Positions 36,044 to 48,000 of a stretch of 64,000 bases of DNA are shown here, in pieces; position 1 is the stretch's first letter; each line of letters opens with the position of its first letter. This DNA comes from Lytechinus pictus (Eukaryota). The notes under the pieces are model-generated. The model was not told the origin of the DNA. It saw only the letters and a list, made by a program, of their open reading frames with translations, and ran no database searches. The stretch is from contig NC_087249.1 in the NCBI RefSeq assembly GCF_037042905.1, forward strand, positions 6,450,001 through 6,514,000, read 5' to 3'. The translations under genes were made by a program, and so were the position numbers.

Positions 36044-38058
36044 GGAGCTTCCACAACAGGGTCCTACTGATGGCGCGAAATCAGCATGAAGCAATGAGCA
36101 TCCATAAAATGTATTTGGCTTTCAGAATTGTCAAAATATATAAAGATCAGATTGCAATTGATGATTACCTGATGGCAGTCAGTGATGGTGGTGGGAAAAT
36201 GCAGAGAAATGAAATAAATGTTGTAAGGAGCTTAATTGCGAGAGATGGGTACAAATATCTAGGAGAATGAAGGTGTATGCAATATGTTCCAAGGTGATTG
36301 CTCATCTATCTCTCTCTCTCTCTTTATTAAGATGAGGCTCAGCAATTCAAATGGTGTTCAATAACAATTTCTTTGAATGCATGTGACAGCAGCCTTCCAA
36401 GAAATTCTAGTATCAAAGGGACTTACAATTATTGTTGACCAGCAGTGATTGTGAAAATTACTGATGCTGTATTAAATTTAATATGTTGTGATGGTTTGGC
36501 TTTGGTGAACATGCTAGTTTTTGCTGTAAATTTCCACTTTTAACCATGGTCATTGTAGCACTTAAAAAAAGTTTGATTGATTGATTGAACTATGATTATT
36601 TTAAAATTTGAAATATATGACAATTCATAAACATGCTAAAATTTCAAATCTTTGCCATTGCTTAACATACATGTAGCCATCTGGATCTGGACAATTTCTG
36701 AAGTGATCCAATTAGAATGAAAAACATTCAGCTTTCAACAAGTTAATTTATCTTCAAAAAGTTAACAGTTCAAAGGATAGTTTTAAAAAAGGATTCATTA
36801 TTAAACACCAGTAGTTTTCAGGATAATAAAGACGTTGAAGGAATCTAGTTCCTTGACAAATCATTGTCTTTTCCATTATTCACTATGATGGCCTGAATCT
36901 GGCATAAAAGAAGTTCTTTCGAAACCAGGATTTAAACCTGCTTCTGGATTAATGAGGTATAAATGTTTTTAAGTGTGTGCATGGTCAATGTATGTTAATT
37001 TGTGTTTATTTTCGTACGTTTAAAATGAGTTCGACCACACCCTTTATTTAAAACGTTTTTGGAATGAGGATCACTTATTCTTCCCTTTACTTCGAATGAG
37101 TCAATGAGAGAAAAATGCAGAGAAAATAAAAAAAATGTTAGAAGGAATTGCAAAATGGAGTACTCAACAGCCTGGAGATAGGAGATGAATAAGATATTTC
37201 CTTTAAGGTTATTGCACATTATCTTCTGTTGGTGAAGAGATTCAGCTATTCATACGGTAACAGTTGTTAATTGTATGACTTCCAAGAATTTCAATTGTTG
37301 ACCTGCGGTGATTGTGAAAGCTACTGTATTGTGAGCAACTGTAATATGTATAGTTGTTTCATTTTTAAGACCCCCTGATTTTTTTTTTTTTTATAAATTA
37401 GGATCATTGATTTTTTCTCTTCTTTCTTAAATTCTAACTTGTTCATCTGTTCACTTGATTCCGAAATTATTATCTTGCCACTGTTTGCCTCTGAATTCTT
37501 TTCCATTTCCCTCAGAGAAATAGCATGTAGCATTGATGAGAAAATGAAATAGTAGATCACCAAGGACATAGTTTGCAGACTTAATAGTATTCTGTTAGTC
37601 ATCTTCATCTTGTTATTTCAAATCATTCCATCAACTTTATGTTATTTGTGCTTGATGGAGGAGACATTGTAGTTATTATCCTCCGGAGGAAGACACTTAT
37701 TTTGCAGGGTGGAGCACTAAATTAAATCATGTGTGCTGGAACCATTTTGTTATAGTCTTCATTTGAGTTATGACTGATCTGATCAACCTCCGCTGTGGAA
37801 ATCCATCAATGTCGAAAATTTTTATACAGGAAATTGCTAAAATGTCCCTTTGTAAATAAAGAGGAGCAAAGTGAATTGTCAAGACAATGATGCATGCATG
37901 AATATATATACATCATACTTAGAAAACGTGTTTAATAGACATGTGCATTTTACATGTTGGTGTTGCTGGCTTTCCATAGTTGTGGTTGATCGGATCAATT
38001 TTAACTCAATTTAATATGATGGGGCCAAGGTGGTCTTAACACAGTGGTCTATAACGGG

Positions 38059-38400
38059 TTACCTCGAGCGATGTTCGTGCAGGCTCCACTTCACTACCGC
38101 TACACTACGCTCCACCTACCCGAACATTGAGATGGTGAACCAGTTCGGATATACCGAGTCACAAATGTGGGATGGAAATCATGTTTATCGTAAAAATTAA
38201 AGAAAAAAAATATAACGAGAAAGATGAATAACTTAATATCTTACTCTACACCCGTATTTCACTCCGTGTCCATCCTCCGGTTATCCTCAAAATTGGTGAT
38301 TTTGGGCCAGTATCTTCTTCCTCACACTTATTATTCATGGCCGATTTTAAAACATCGCATGCAATCGCGATTTGTTTGACACGAACATCGCTTGAGGTAA
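38059..38400. mobile_element. TIR MITE with 7-bp TSD
   Basis: TIR TTACCTCGAGCGATGTTCGTG / CACGAACATCGCTTGAGGTAA; TAACGGG at 38052-38058 and 38401-38407. Confidence 0.75.
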
Positions 38401-39948
38401 TAACGGGTTTGTGATCAATCAATCAATAAAAAAAAAACCCTGTTCTGATTAGTCCACTCTTATTGACAAAAATGCATAGTGAATAATGCTATTTTGCAAC
38501 TGATTGCAAGTATTGATTGTACATGACCCTGGTCCCTTGGAAATGATACTTCAAAACTGTCCATCTTTTGGTAGTTAAATTCTCTAACAAGCATGTATTT
38601 ATTAAACACTTGACAGTCAGTGAATTGATACAGCCACCAACTTTACTTACTATTAATGAATGAATTGAAATTTCTGAAATGAAAATGAAAGTTTTCAAAT
38701 TATCATCACCTGTATTGTAATAATACGTCTACATTTATAAATAGTTACTGATAAGATTGTTGTAAGTAAATGTCTTCATTAATTTTATCGGGAAGCATGT
38801 TTTTTACTTTCATGTTATTCCTCAAAAGAATATAATCTGTCTTGTTCCATTATGACTTGGATTTTTTATACTAGTATGTGAAATGTTCATTTCAGGAATT
38901 ATTGAATTTAAGTTTGTAAAGTCTCTTTATGCATTTTACCTAAATATTTTGATGTATTGTTGGGAAATGGGATGGAATCATTATTTTTCCATTTTAATCT
39001 TTGATGCAAGGTAAAAAGTTGATTTGAAATGCAACGCAGATGTGTATAATTGATAAATTTCACAACTGTTACATATGTCGCAAGCTTATCTGTTACGATT
39101 AAAACAAAATTACTGTACAAAAACAGATATATTTACCTCTCAAGTCCCATTCATGATTGCACATTTGCATTTGCTAGCTGAAATGATCTTTGCATTTTTT
39201 CTTCTACTCATCAACTTCTTCAAAAATAAAGAAAAAATAGGGGAAGAGGGAAAAGCTAAAAAAAAAAAAGACTATCAAATGGATATAAATAGGTTAAGAA
39301 AGTATGATTCGTATTTTCATATAATTCAAATGACAAAAAATGAAAATAAATCGTTACATAAGAGTTTCTTTTACACAAAGTTTTGCAGAATGCTTGGAAG
39401 TTTCACTGACATTGCAGTGTGCACATCTCATGCTTGAGATCCCATATTTCAAACGTTGTTTTCTCCTTATTTTTGAAGCTCTTGCCTTGTTTTTTTTTCT
39501 CCATTCAATAAAGTTCTTGTATTGTTATTGTTAATTGATTTTAACAAGTTATGTTTCAATTGAATGCTTAGGATGTGCTTTTTAAACTCAATAAAAATCT
39601 CAAAATTCATTTGGGGCAACTTTTTGTTGGTTTTGGGGTGGCTGGTCACATATGCGACAATTTCATCTTTGTGAGAAAAATATAAATCTTATGAAACATA
39701 TTCATATTGGAGTATAAATAATGTTGCATAATGGAAAATTATATATTTTTATGACGAAAAGTTTTTAAAATAAATTATGAGATTAAAATCTATATTGTCC
39801 TCCTTTTGATTCTTTGTTGTACATTATATTTTTATATATAAGATGGTTTACTTTGAATAGTGATTCTGATTGATCAGGGGCCCATTTCATAGAAGTTGTC
39901 ACACTAAGCTACTGAAATTATTAAATTTGTTTGGCTGATAGTGACTTA

Positions 39949-40250
39949 CATTGACGAGTGGATATCATGCGCGACCAAAAAAACACGTAAAAAGATGTCT
40001 TTTTCAAGATAGGGCACGTTACGTACGTAACGTGATAAGGGTGTCAAAAACACAAAAATATTGAAAAAAGGGTATCTATTTCGCTCGGAAAAATATATAC
40101 GTGTTTAGGGTCAAATATGCGGGGATGACAATACTTGTTATGGGGTGCATTTTCAGAATATGGAAAATACGTATTTAGGGTGCTTTTCAAGACCCTGTGG
40201 TCGCGCATGTATCCACTCGTCAATGGAAGTGCCCCCCCCCCCCCCCCCGG
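39949..40250. mobile_element. TIR element fragment
   Basis: CATTGACGAGTGGATA.CATGCGCGACCA inverted at 40199-40226, followed by a C-run terminus. Confidence 0.55.
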
Positions 40251-41244
40251 GGCGCTGGATCAAGGCAGCTCGAGCTAAATAATAATAACAATGCGCCTTG
40301 GAATAGATTATTTCTTGATAGATGACGCTATATATAAATGCCTATGAATGATAATTATTTTCTATTTCTGAATTAACGTTAAATTTGATTCCTTGATCAG
40401 GGAATACTTGTATAATAACTGAAAAGTGTTCTTCAATATAACAAAAGAAGAAAATAATGTACATTGCCTCATAATTTTTTTGTACAATTATGGACAAATA
40501 TTTTCATAACCCATGAATACAAAAAAAAACCTGAATTTCAAATATATTTTTGCGTGTGATGTAGGCTCTAAGTGTATACCACAACAAAAGACATTTTTTT
40601 AAAAGTAAAACAGATATATAAGAAATGTTATTTAGATCGAGAGAAGATGATATACCAGTTTTAAAAATGGCTTCACATGGCGTGTTTATAGAATTGCGTG
40701 AAGACAGAATAACATGTAATCCCTACGTTTATTCTTAGAATAAAAAGGAAACAGAAATCTAAATAAAGATTTTATTTCTTAAAAACATATATATCACAAA
40801 AATAGGGCAAAACAGGGCGCCTGCTCTAAAATGTTGACGCCCTCAACGATACATTTTCGTCAAGTCTTACATTTACAAGCAGAAGGTGGTGGAGAATATT
40901 CGGTAAAATAATCCTTGATTTGCTGAAAGATAAATGTTCGTGTTTGATCTTTTAGCACATGTTTAAGTTGCTTTGCAAATCCACATTCATTTTTACTCAT
41001 CAATTGTATTCATTTATTGCTTTAGATGTCTGAGCTCGCGTAGCGTAGCGCCGCTGGGCCAGGGCGCCCGCCTGACCTGGGCTGTGGCCTGTGATTGCCT
41101 GCTACCTGCCGTTGCTACCCGCCGCGCCGGTGGTTGGGCCTTGGCTACGGTAACGGTACCACCGGTACCGTACCCACTCCAGCTCCACGGCGACCGAGGC
41201 GAGGGCCGATTGCACTAAAGGGTATTTCCATGGACCAGTAACGT

Positions 41245-42110
41245 TAGAGGCGCACGGCCAATATGGGAGACTCTCCAATAGGGGAGACAATCTCCCACAT
41301 TGGAGACTTGCTTTGCAAAAGGACAAAAGAAACAACACCAACAAAAGCATGATTTTTTCCACCCAAAATTTTGTCTCACTAGGTGGTTTCAAACCGCCTC
41401 GATCACAAGGCGTTAAATTGAAAATACGAGAACATGTTTAGGCTAAAAAATACCCATTAATTATTCCTGCATTCACACCGCCCCGAAACATATCCTTCAG
41501 GATAAATTCCTGAAGTTAGGAGCATGCGCAGTATGGTCTAATATAAGCAGGCAAGGCGCGAGATTCAAAACCACTAGCCCAGCAGCCACCCACGGCGCCC
41601 GCGCCCAACGACACGCTAGGCTAAAAGTTCCCGTAAATTGCTTTCACATTGCCAAAATACCTGCGACCTTGGAAAAATCCCCGCGAAAGTTCTCGTAATT
41701 TCGCCAAGTACCTACTATTTAGCGGGTATTTTCTGATCGGGGTAAATTTCCAGATCAGAGAATACCTGGAACTGACGAACTTCGAGGCGGTCTGAAACCA
41801 CCTTATGAGGTCAGAAGCCCATTTGTTTTGTGTGTGATTGACAACAAAAATCCTTATCAAAACAAAAGTAGACGGTGAATTTTTAAAGTAGACCGTGAAA
41901 AGGGGGAATTTTTCATGAGGAATCTGCTTATTACATTTTTATTTGCCGCCAAGGTAATCCTTTTGCAGCAAATGTGAACAAAAGGAAATTGGTCTCCAAA
42001 ACTGGAGACTGTCTCTGAAATTGGGTACCCAAATTCTTTACAAAAGTCTCTGATATTGGAGATAATCTCCCACATTGGAGACAGTCTCCAATATTGGCCG
42101 TGCGCCTCTA
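41245..42110. mobile_element. MITE with AGAGGCGCACGGCCAATA TIRs, copy 2 (inverted), interrupted by another MITE
   Basis: Reverse-complement match to 5032-5473. Confidence 0.8.
41381..41803. mobile_element. Harbinger-like MITE inserted in copy 2
   Basis: TIR AGGTGGTTTCAAACCGCCTCGA / TCGAGGCGGTCTGAAACCACCT; absent from the homologous site in copy 1 (~5337). Confidence 0.75.
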
Positions 42111-42143
42111 CTGATGGACCGTCTTTCGTGTCGCCCTTTTTTT

Positions 42144-42556
42144 TAACCCAGGGAGCTCCGGCCTGCAAAGCGGGCTGGAGCCCAGGACTCGTCCGTGTAA
42201 TACGATATATACGACTCTTTACGAGGCAGACATAGACCCTAGCCCCCTAGGCCTATATAGCTATACTCTCCAAAATGGGGTAGATTGCATTGGGGTCGCA
42301 ATAAATGAATAATAGCACTCCAAATAAAAGGGGAAAAAATAAATTATGCACTTACCTCGATTATATGGATGAAAGTCTATCGTGACACAGAAATCCTGAC
42401 ATCGAGGCACAAACTGCATGGACCCTCAAAAAAAGGAAAAGTTCTGTCTCGTTCGTTCTCCTGTCAAAATTGAATACAAAATGGCCGATTGATACCGAGA
42501 ACGAACGCGACAGAGGCCAACTTTTCCTTTTTTTGAGGGTCCAGTTTGTGCCTCTC
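42144..42556. mobile_element. Related MULE-like foldback, left arm complete and right arm truncated
   Basis: AACCCAGGGAGCTCC terminus; GATTATATGGATGAA..TCTA, TCCTGACATC..GGCACAAACTG and CAAAATGGCCGAT shared with 5521-6857; hairpin 42403-42554. Confidence 0.65.
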
Positions 42557-42829
42557 GATTCATTTCTCTTGATTTTATTTATCTAGTAGACTAGTATCAT
42601 CTAACTTTAGTGAACCTTCAAGTTTCATACGCCTAATGCGTATGAAGGGATTAAAATTATTTTAGTATATAAATATAAAAAACGAGAGGTTTCTTACCAG
42701 ACCGATCTTGTGTAGATCCCTCGATCCATTCGTAAACACCGCAAATACAATAGGCTTGACCCTTGAACCACTTTGTTATGACTTAGCTTCGATAAGCGAT
42801 GTTACAAAATGCCGTTTTGAAGATCAATT

Positions 42830-43330
42830 TATAGATAAAAATTATTATTTAACAAATAATAAAATTTATAACTTGTTTATGAATGATTATTATTATATAA
42901 TAATTATTTATAATCAAGTTTCAAATTTTATTAATTTGATTATGAATAATTATTATTATATAATAATTATTTATAATCAAGTTTCAAATTTCATTATTTG
43001 TTAGATAATATTGTTGCTGACTTATAGATAAAAATTATTATTTAACAGATGATAAAATTTATAACTTGATTATAAATAATTATTATTATATGATAATTAT
43101 TTATAATCAAGTTTCAAATTTTATTAATTTGATTATGAATAATTATTATTATACAATAATTATTTATAATCAAGTTTCAAAGTTTCAAATTTTATTAATT
43201 TGATTATGAATAATTATTATTGTATAATAATTATTTATAATCAAGTTTCAAATTTTATTATTAAATAATACTGTTGCCGACTTATAAAATTATCATTTAA
43301 GAAATTGTTAAAAAATAATTTTTATCTATA
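42830..43330. repeat. AT-rich ~63-bp tandem repeat, probably inside a minus-strand Helentron-type element starting at the 42624-42646 hairpin
   Basis: TAATCAAGTT at 42911, 42974, 43104, 43167, 43238; hairpin TTCATACGC-ctaat-GCGTATGAA. Confidence 0.7.
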
Positions 43331-43589
43331 AATCGGCAACCATTGGTCAGATTTTGACCATCTTGATGTCATTTTAAATCATTTTCAAACTGAATCAAAG
43401 GCCTTTTCACTGCCTATTATCAAACTTGATTAAGTGTAGTGTAGAGTCTAAGATTCCTTGGGGCATCTAACTTGGTAACCACCAACAAGTACATGAATAA
43501 TTGGGTCCCAAATATTTTATGTTTTCCTGAGTTCAAAATATGGAAAAATCACAAATTTTATGTTAAAAAATCAATTGCATGGTCTCGTG

Positions 43590-44556
43590 GACTCTCACCT
43601 TCATAGCAATTAGCAGAGTGGGATTATAGGCGCCGCTTTTCCGATGACAGCAGCATTATCAACATTGAACACTTAACCAAAGGTTAAGTGCTTGAAAAAG
43701 TTGAAATGTCATAACTGAAAAATATATGGACCAGGTTCATGAAACTTTGACATAGTCTTGAGAACTACTGAACATCCTGCATTTTAGGTCACATGTGATG
43801 ACCAAGTTCAATAGGGTCAACAAACTTTGGCCATGTACAAAGTGTTAGTTCAAATTCAATTTGGTTTTGTTGAAATATACCAATAAAAAAGTCTGAAGAC
43901 TAGCAATATGAGTTCACAATCATCTGCATGAAATATAAATCTACCATATTAGACCAATTAGACCTCTACAAAAAAATATATAGTTGTATAAAATCGTCAT
44001 AACTTTGAAATGTATTTATCTTGTATATAATGCAACTTGGACATAAAAGCAATCAAGTATCACTAAACATCCTTTGTGAGTTTCAAGGTCAATAAAGGTC
44101 ATATTTACGGTCAATACACTGGCCATGTTAGGAGTATTTGTAGAATTGCCATCATAACTTTGAAAGCATATGGATCTAGTTCAGGAGTTCATGAAACCTA
44201 GACATAAGAGTAATCAAGTATCACTGAACATCCTGTGAGAGTCTCAGGTGACATGACCAAGGTCAAAGGTCATTTAGGGTCAATGAACTTTGGCCATGTT
44301 AGGGGTAGTTGTATTGCCATCATAACTTTGAAAGTGTATAGACCTAGTTCATGAAACATGGACCTAACAGTAATCAAGTATCACTGATCGTTTTGCATGA
44401 GTCTAAGGTCACATGATCAAGGTCAAAGGTCCTTTAGGGTCAATGAACATAGTATCTTCTCATATGACTGGTGTTTTTGTGAATAATTCTAAGTCAGAGC
44501 TCCTGCTATATTAAATTGTGTAATGTGGGCGAGATGCCAGAGGTGTTCCACTTGTT
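43590..44556 (+). mobile_element. Degenerate HINE, same family as 5777-6573
   Basis: CTCACC..CATAGCA...TATAGGCGCCGCTTTTCCGA start, AAGGTCAAAGGTCAT tandem units, CCAGAGG..TTCCACTTGTT end. Confidence 0.75.
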
Positions 44557-45018
44557 TGTGTAAAATAGTCAAACAATGGACCCCTACAAACATGACAAAA
44601 AAATGTTATTTATTTGGCAATAAATGTTTAATATCCTTGTCCAGGCTTGAACTAGAATAGATTAGCATATCTATGAGGTATTTCATGATTTTAAATTCTC
44701 ATTGAAAATGGACAAACCATAGCTTTTCATGAGAAGAAATAAGCATTTCCTATGTTTGTCTTCTCTGTAAAACTGTATGCAGGTTTGAAAGAAAGAAGAC
44801 CAGAATTTACTCTGTACATGAGAGTTGTAGGCCTACACCAAACATTCAGTCGTATTAAAGTATAGAAAGCCGTTTGATGCAGACAAGACTGCCATGGGTA
44901 TTCCAAGAGTTTTATTAAGAAACGATTCTTTTATCTTTAATTCTTATCAATTCTTTATATCATTTATCACTTTGCTACTACAGTGTATCTGGACACAGTG
45001 TTGTTGTCATTTTGAGTC

Positions 45019-48000
45019 ATGGCTTCCAAACGGATAACCCAGGAAACTTTTGATGCCGTGGTGAAGGAGAACATGGAAGACTTTGAGCTTGGTGCAGAAG
45101 AGGCTGTAGCTGATGCCATTCAACAGTTTGAGTCTCAGGGCATTAACCTTGCTAACATCATCAAAGAAGCTCATGTTGGTATGTAGGTCATCCATAGATG
45201 ACAGAATCTGCCAGTTTTTAGGAGTTTTTATTTAATTCTGAATTGTAAATCCTCATATTTTTTTATTCATATCCAGTCATGCAACTGCAGTAGATTTATA
45301 AAGCGACAGTGATTTCTTAGATTATCATATTGGAGTAATTGATCGTTTTGTATAATTTAAGGAATTTAAGTTCCTTCTGATGCCAAAAATCAAAGTGTTA
45401 ATAAATTTGGAAGTTGCAGGATAATGTAAGGTTAGTTAAAGAAGAATGCAAGTGACATTTTGCAAAATGGAGACACCATTGTAATATTTAAAAGATGTGG
45501 GCATTATTTCATGTATAATTTATGCACATGTCTTTGAATAAGCATTTTATTGATATGGATACATTTTATTTCAACAGGAATGAAGGGTATACTTTGACAC
45601 ATTTACATTGTAACTGAATATTAATCTAATTCTCAATGTGCCTTTACCCTTGTTACGTCCACTGATCATCTGATACAGGAGGTGAATCTGGTGAACCAAC
45701 CAAGCATCCTGTAGTGGTTGCTCTGCATGGCTTGACAGAAGGGATCAAAACCATAGCTTCTGGGGGTGATGGAGCAGAGGATATCATAACACATCTTCAA
45801 GCTTTCAAGACAGAGTGCGACAAGGATCTAGCGCATCGCATGCAAGCTGCCAGCAACGAGGCATTCCCAACCTTACTTCTTCTGACCCAAAGCCGACTAG
45901 CAAAGGCAGATGAACAATTCCAATGCAGAGCTCTAGAGGGCCTGTGCTCTCTGCTAAATGGACAACCTGATCTGATGACAGGAGCTGGCATGGACTTCCT
46001 GCTTGAATCAGTGAGGACTGTAGCAAGTTCTGAAGGGGATAGTCATCCTTCAAGCGTTGCCCTCCTCATCAAAGCCATTAGATTTAGTTGCATCAAACAT
46101 GAGACGAACAGGCAAGCATATGTGAAGAAGAATCTTATCAAAACACTCATCAGTGTCTTAGGAAATGCGAAGGGTGATGTGAAGGTAGTACGAGAAGTCG
46201 ATGCCACCTTCCGGGCTCTTGTCGTCGATGATGATGTCAGGGTACCCTTTGGGAAAGCCCATGACCATGCTAAGCTTATCGTTGAAAGTGGGGCATTGAA
46301 GATTCTTCTTGAAGTCATGCAGAGTGAGTACTGTACACCATATCCACTTGATTTGATTGTAAATGAGCATGAAAAAATGACTTATGCAGATTGGGAGTTG
46401 AAAATACAATACACTTTGACATGATTCTGCAAACAATTGTGATTTTTTTTATATTATCAATGTTTACTTTGTTTAATGTATGTATAAAAAAAGTCTGTTA
46501 TAAAAAAACTCCATACTGTAACTAGTAAATCTTGATCCCTTTACCTATAAAGTAAAATGTGTTTTTAAAAAAAGTTGAATTTTCTGAATGCCATTATCAT
46601 GACCTTTATTATAACATGACACTTTCCTTGCTTTTGGCTCTTCAGACTCATAATAAAGATGGATTAATCCATCATTATTATGAAGAGCACAAGCAAACAT
46701 GTATCTTAATATTAAACATTGCTTCTTGCAGGTTGCATGCATGATCAGGCCGCTGTAGGTGACCTCAGTGCAACCTTAGGCCGTCTGTCAGTCAGGAACG
46801 AGTTCTGTCAAGAGATCGTCAATCTAGGAGGTCTGAAGTCGGTCTTGAAGGTGTTGGGTGATGATCTAGCTAGTCAGGTGGGTAAGATTGGGTACCTTAG
46901 CCAGGCTTAAATCAATCCAAGGTTATCCTATTGATTGGCCTCAGTGCCTCTCATTGGCCTGGGATATATTTTGTTTCCTTTCTAGATTTTTTCTATTTGC
47001 CGTAATATGAAAACGGGCCCTGTAAAAAGTTTGTCTTTCCCTGAAAATATTGAAATTTTATGCTTGTCATGGAAAATTTTTCTAATTTCAAAACAACTTT
47101 ATCCACCTCCTTTATAAACTGATGGAAATTTTTAAAAAAAATGTGAACTTCATTCCTGCATAAAAACTGCTGTGAAAAGTGGCTTAGACTTGTGCCATAG
47201 TACTTAATAATACAAAATGCTGTTTTTGCTCTGTAATCCAAATCAAAGCTGATGCCTTCATGAAGTGGATAAATACATGTAGGCAGTGTGATTTTTATGA
47301 GTAATTTGCAGTGAGCTAAGCTTGCAAAATCTACAAAATTTTATCTCCTGTTAAACAACGATTCTCGAGAAATTTATGTTGACACAATTTGCCATTTTCT
47401 AGCCGTTTTTCAGAATGGCTACAAAACGGCAAGTTGCTTACCTGGTATTTAATGTATGCATTGGTACAGTATGTTTTACGTCTAGCATTTCCATGAATTC
47501 TCTATATTGTCCACGTTTGCAGAAAAATCATGAATAATTGTATTGAACTAAATAATGACATCTCTATTCACAATCTGTTTCTTCCGTAGGTAGTAGTAAG
47601 ACAACTCCTTGATCTTCTCAAAGCAATAGCTGGAAACGATGAGGTCAAGATTGCTATAGTGAATGCTGGAGGTATCCCAACGATCTTAGGTGCCATGTCA
47701 AGATATATACGCATTCCTCAGGTGAGTAAGGAACACGCCTGCCTCTCATTTCATAATACTTGTTAAGCCTCATCCAGATATCCAAATATACTTGCAAATG
47801 TTTTGAATTAAAGGTTGACTATGAAAGACTATGGGAAGACAAAAAATGTCAAAAGTTTGTTTACATTGTTTATTTATTTATTTTCACTGTATTCTTTCAT
47901 TCATTTTAATGGTGAAGAAAAATATTTCATTTATTATTCGCAGACAGCTGTGAATGCATTGTGCACCAAGTGTACTGACAAATTCCATCAAAAGACGTAA

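Noticed and set aside
35137..36054. 305-aa minus-strand ORF
   Set aside because: Antisense shadow of AMACR exon 5 running into low-complexity intron sequence; no recognisable domain.
42141..42160. piggyBac assignment of the foldback family (TTAA-CCC)
   Set aside because: The complete copy at 5521-6857 has a perfect 9-bp TSD and no TTAA, favouring a Mutator-like element.
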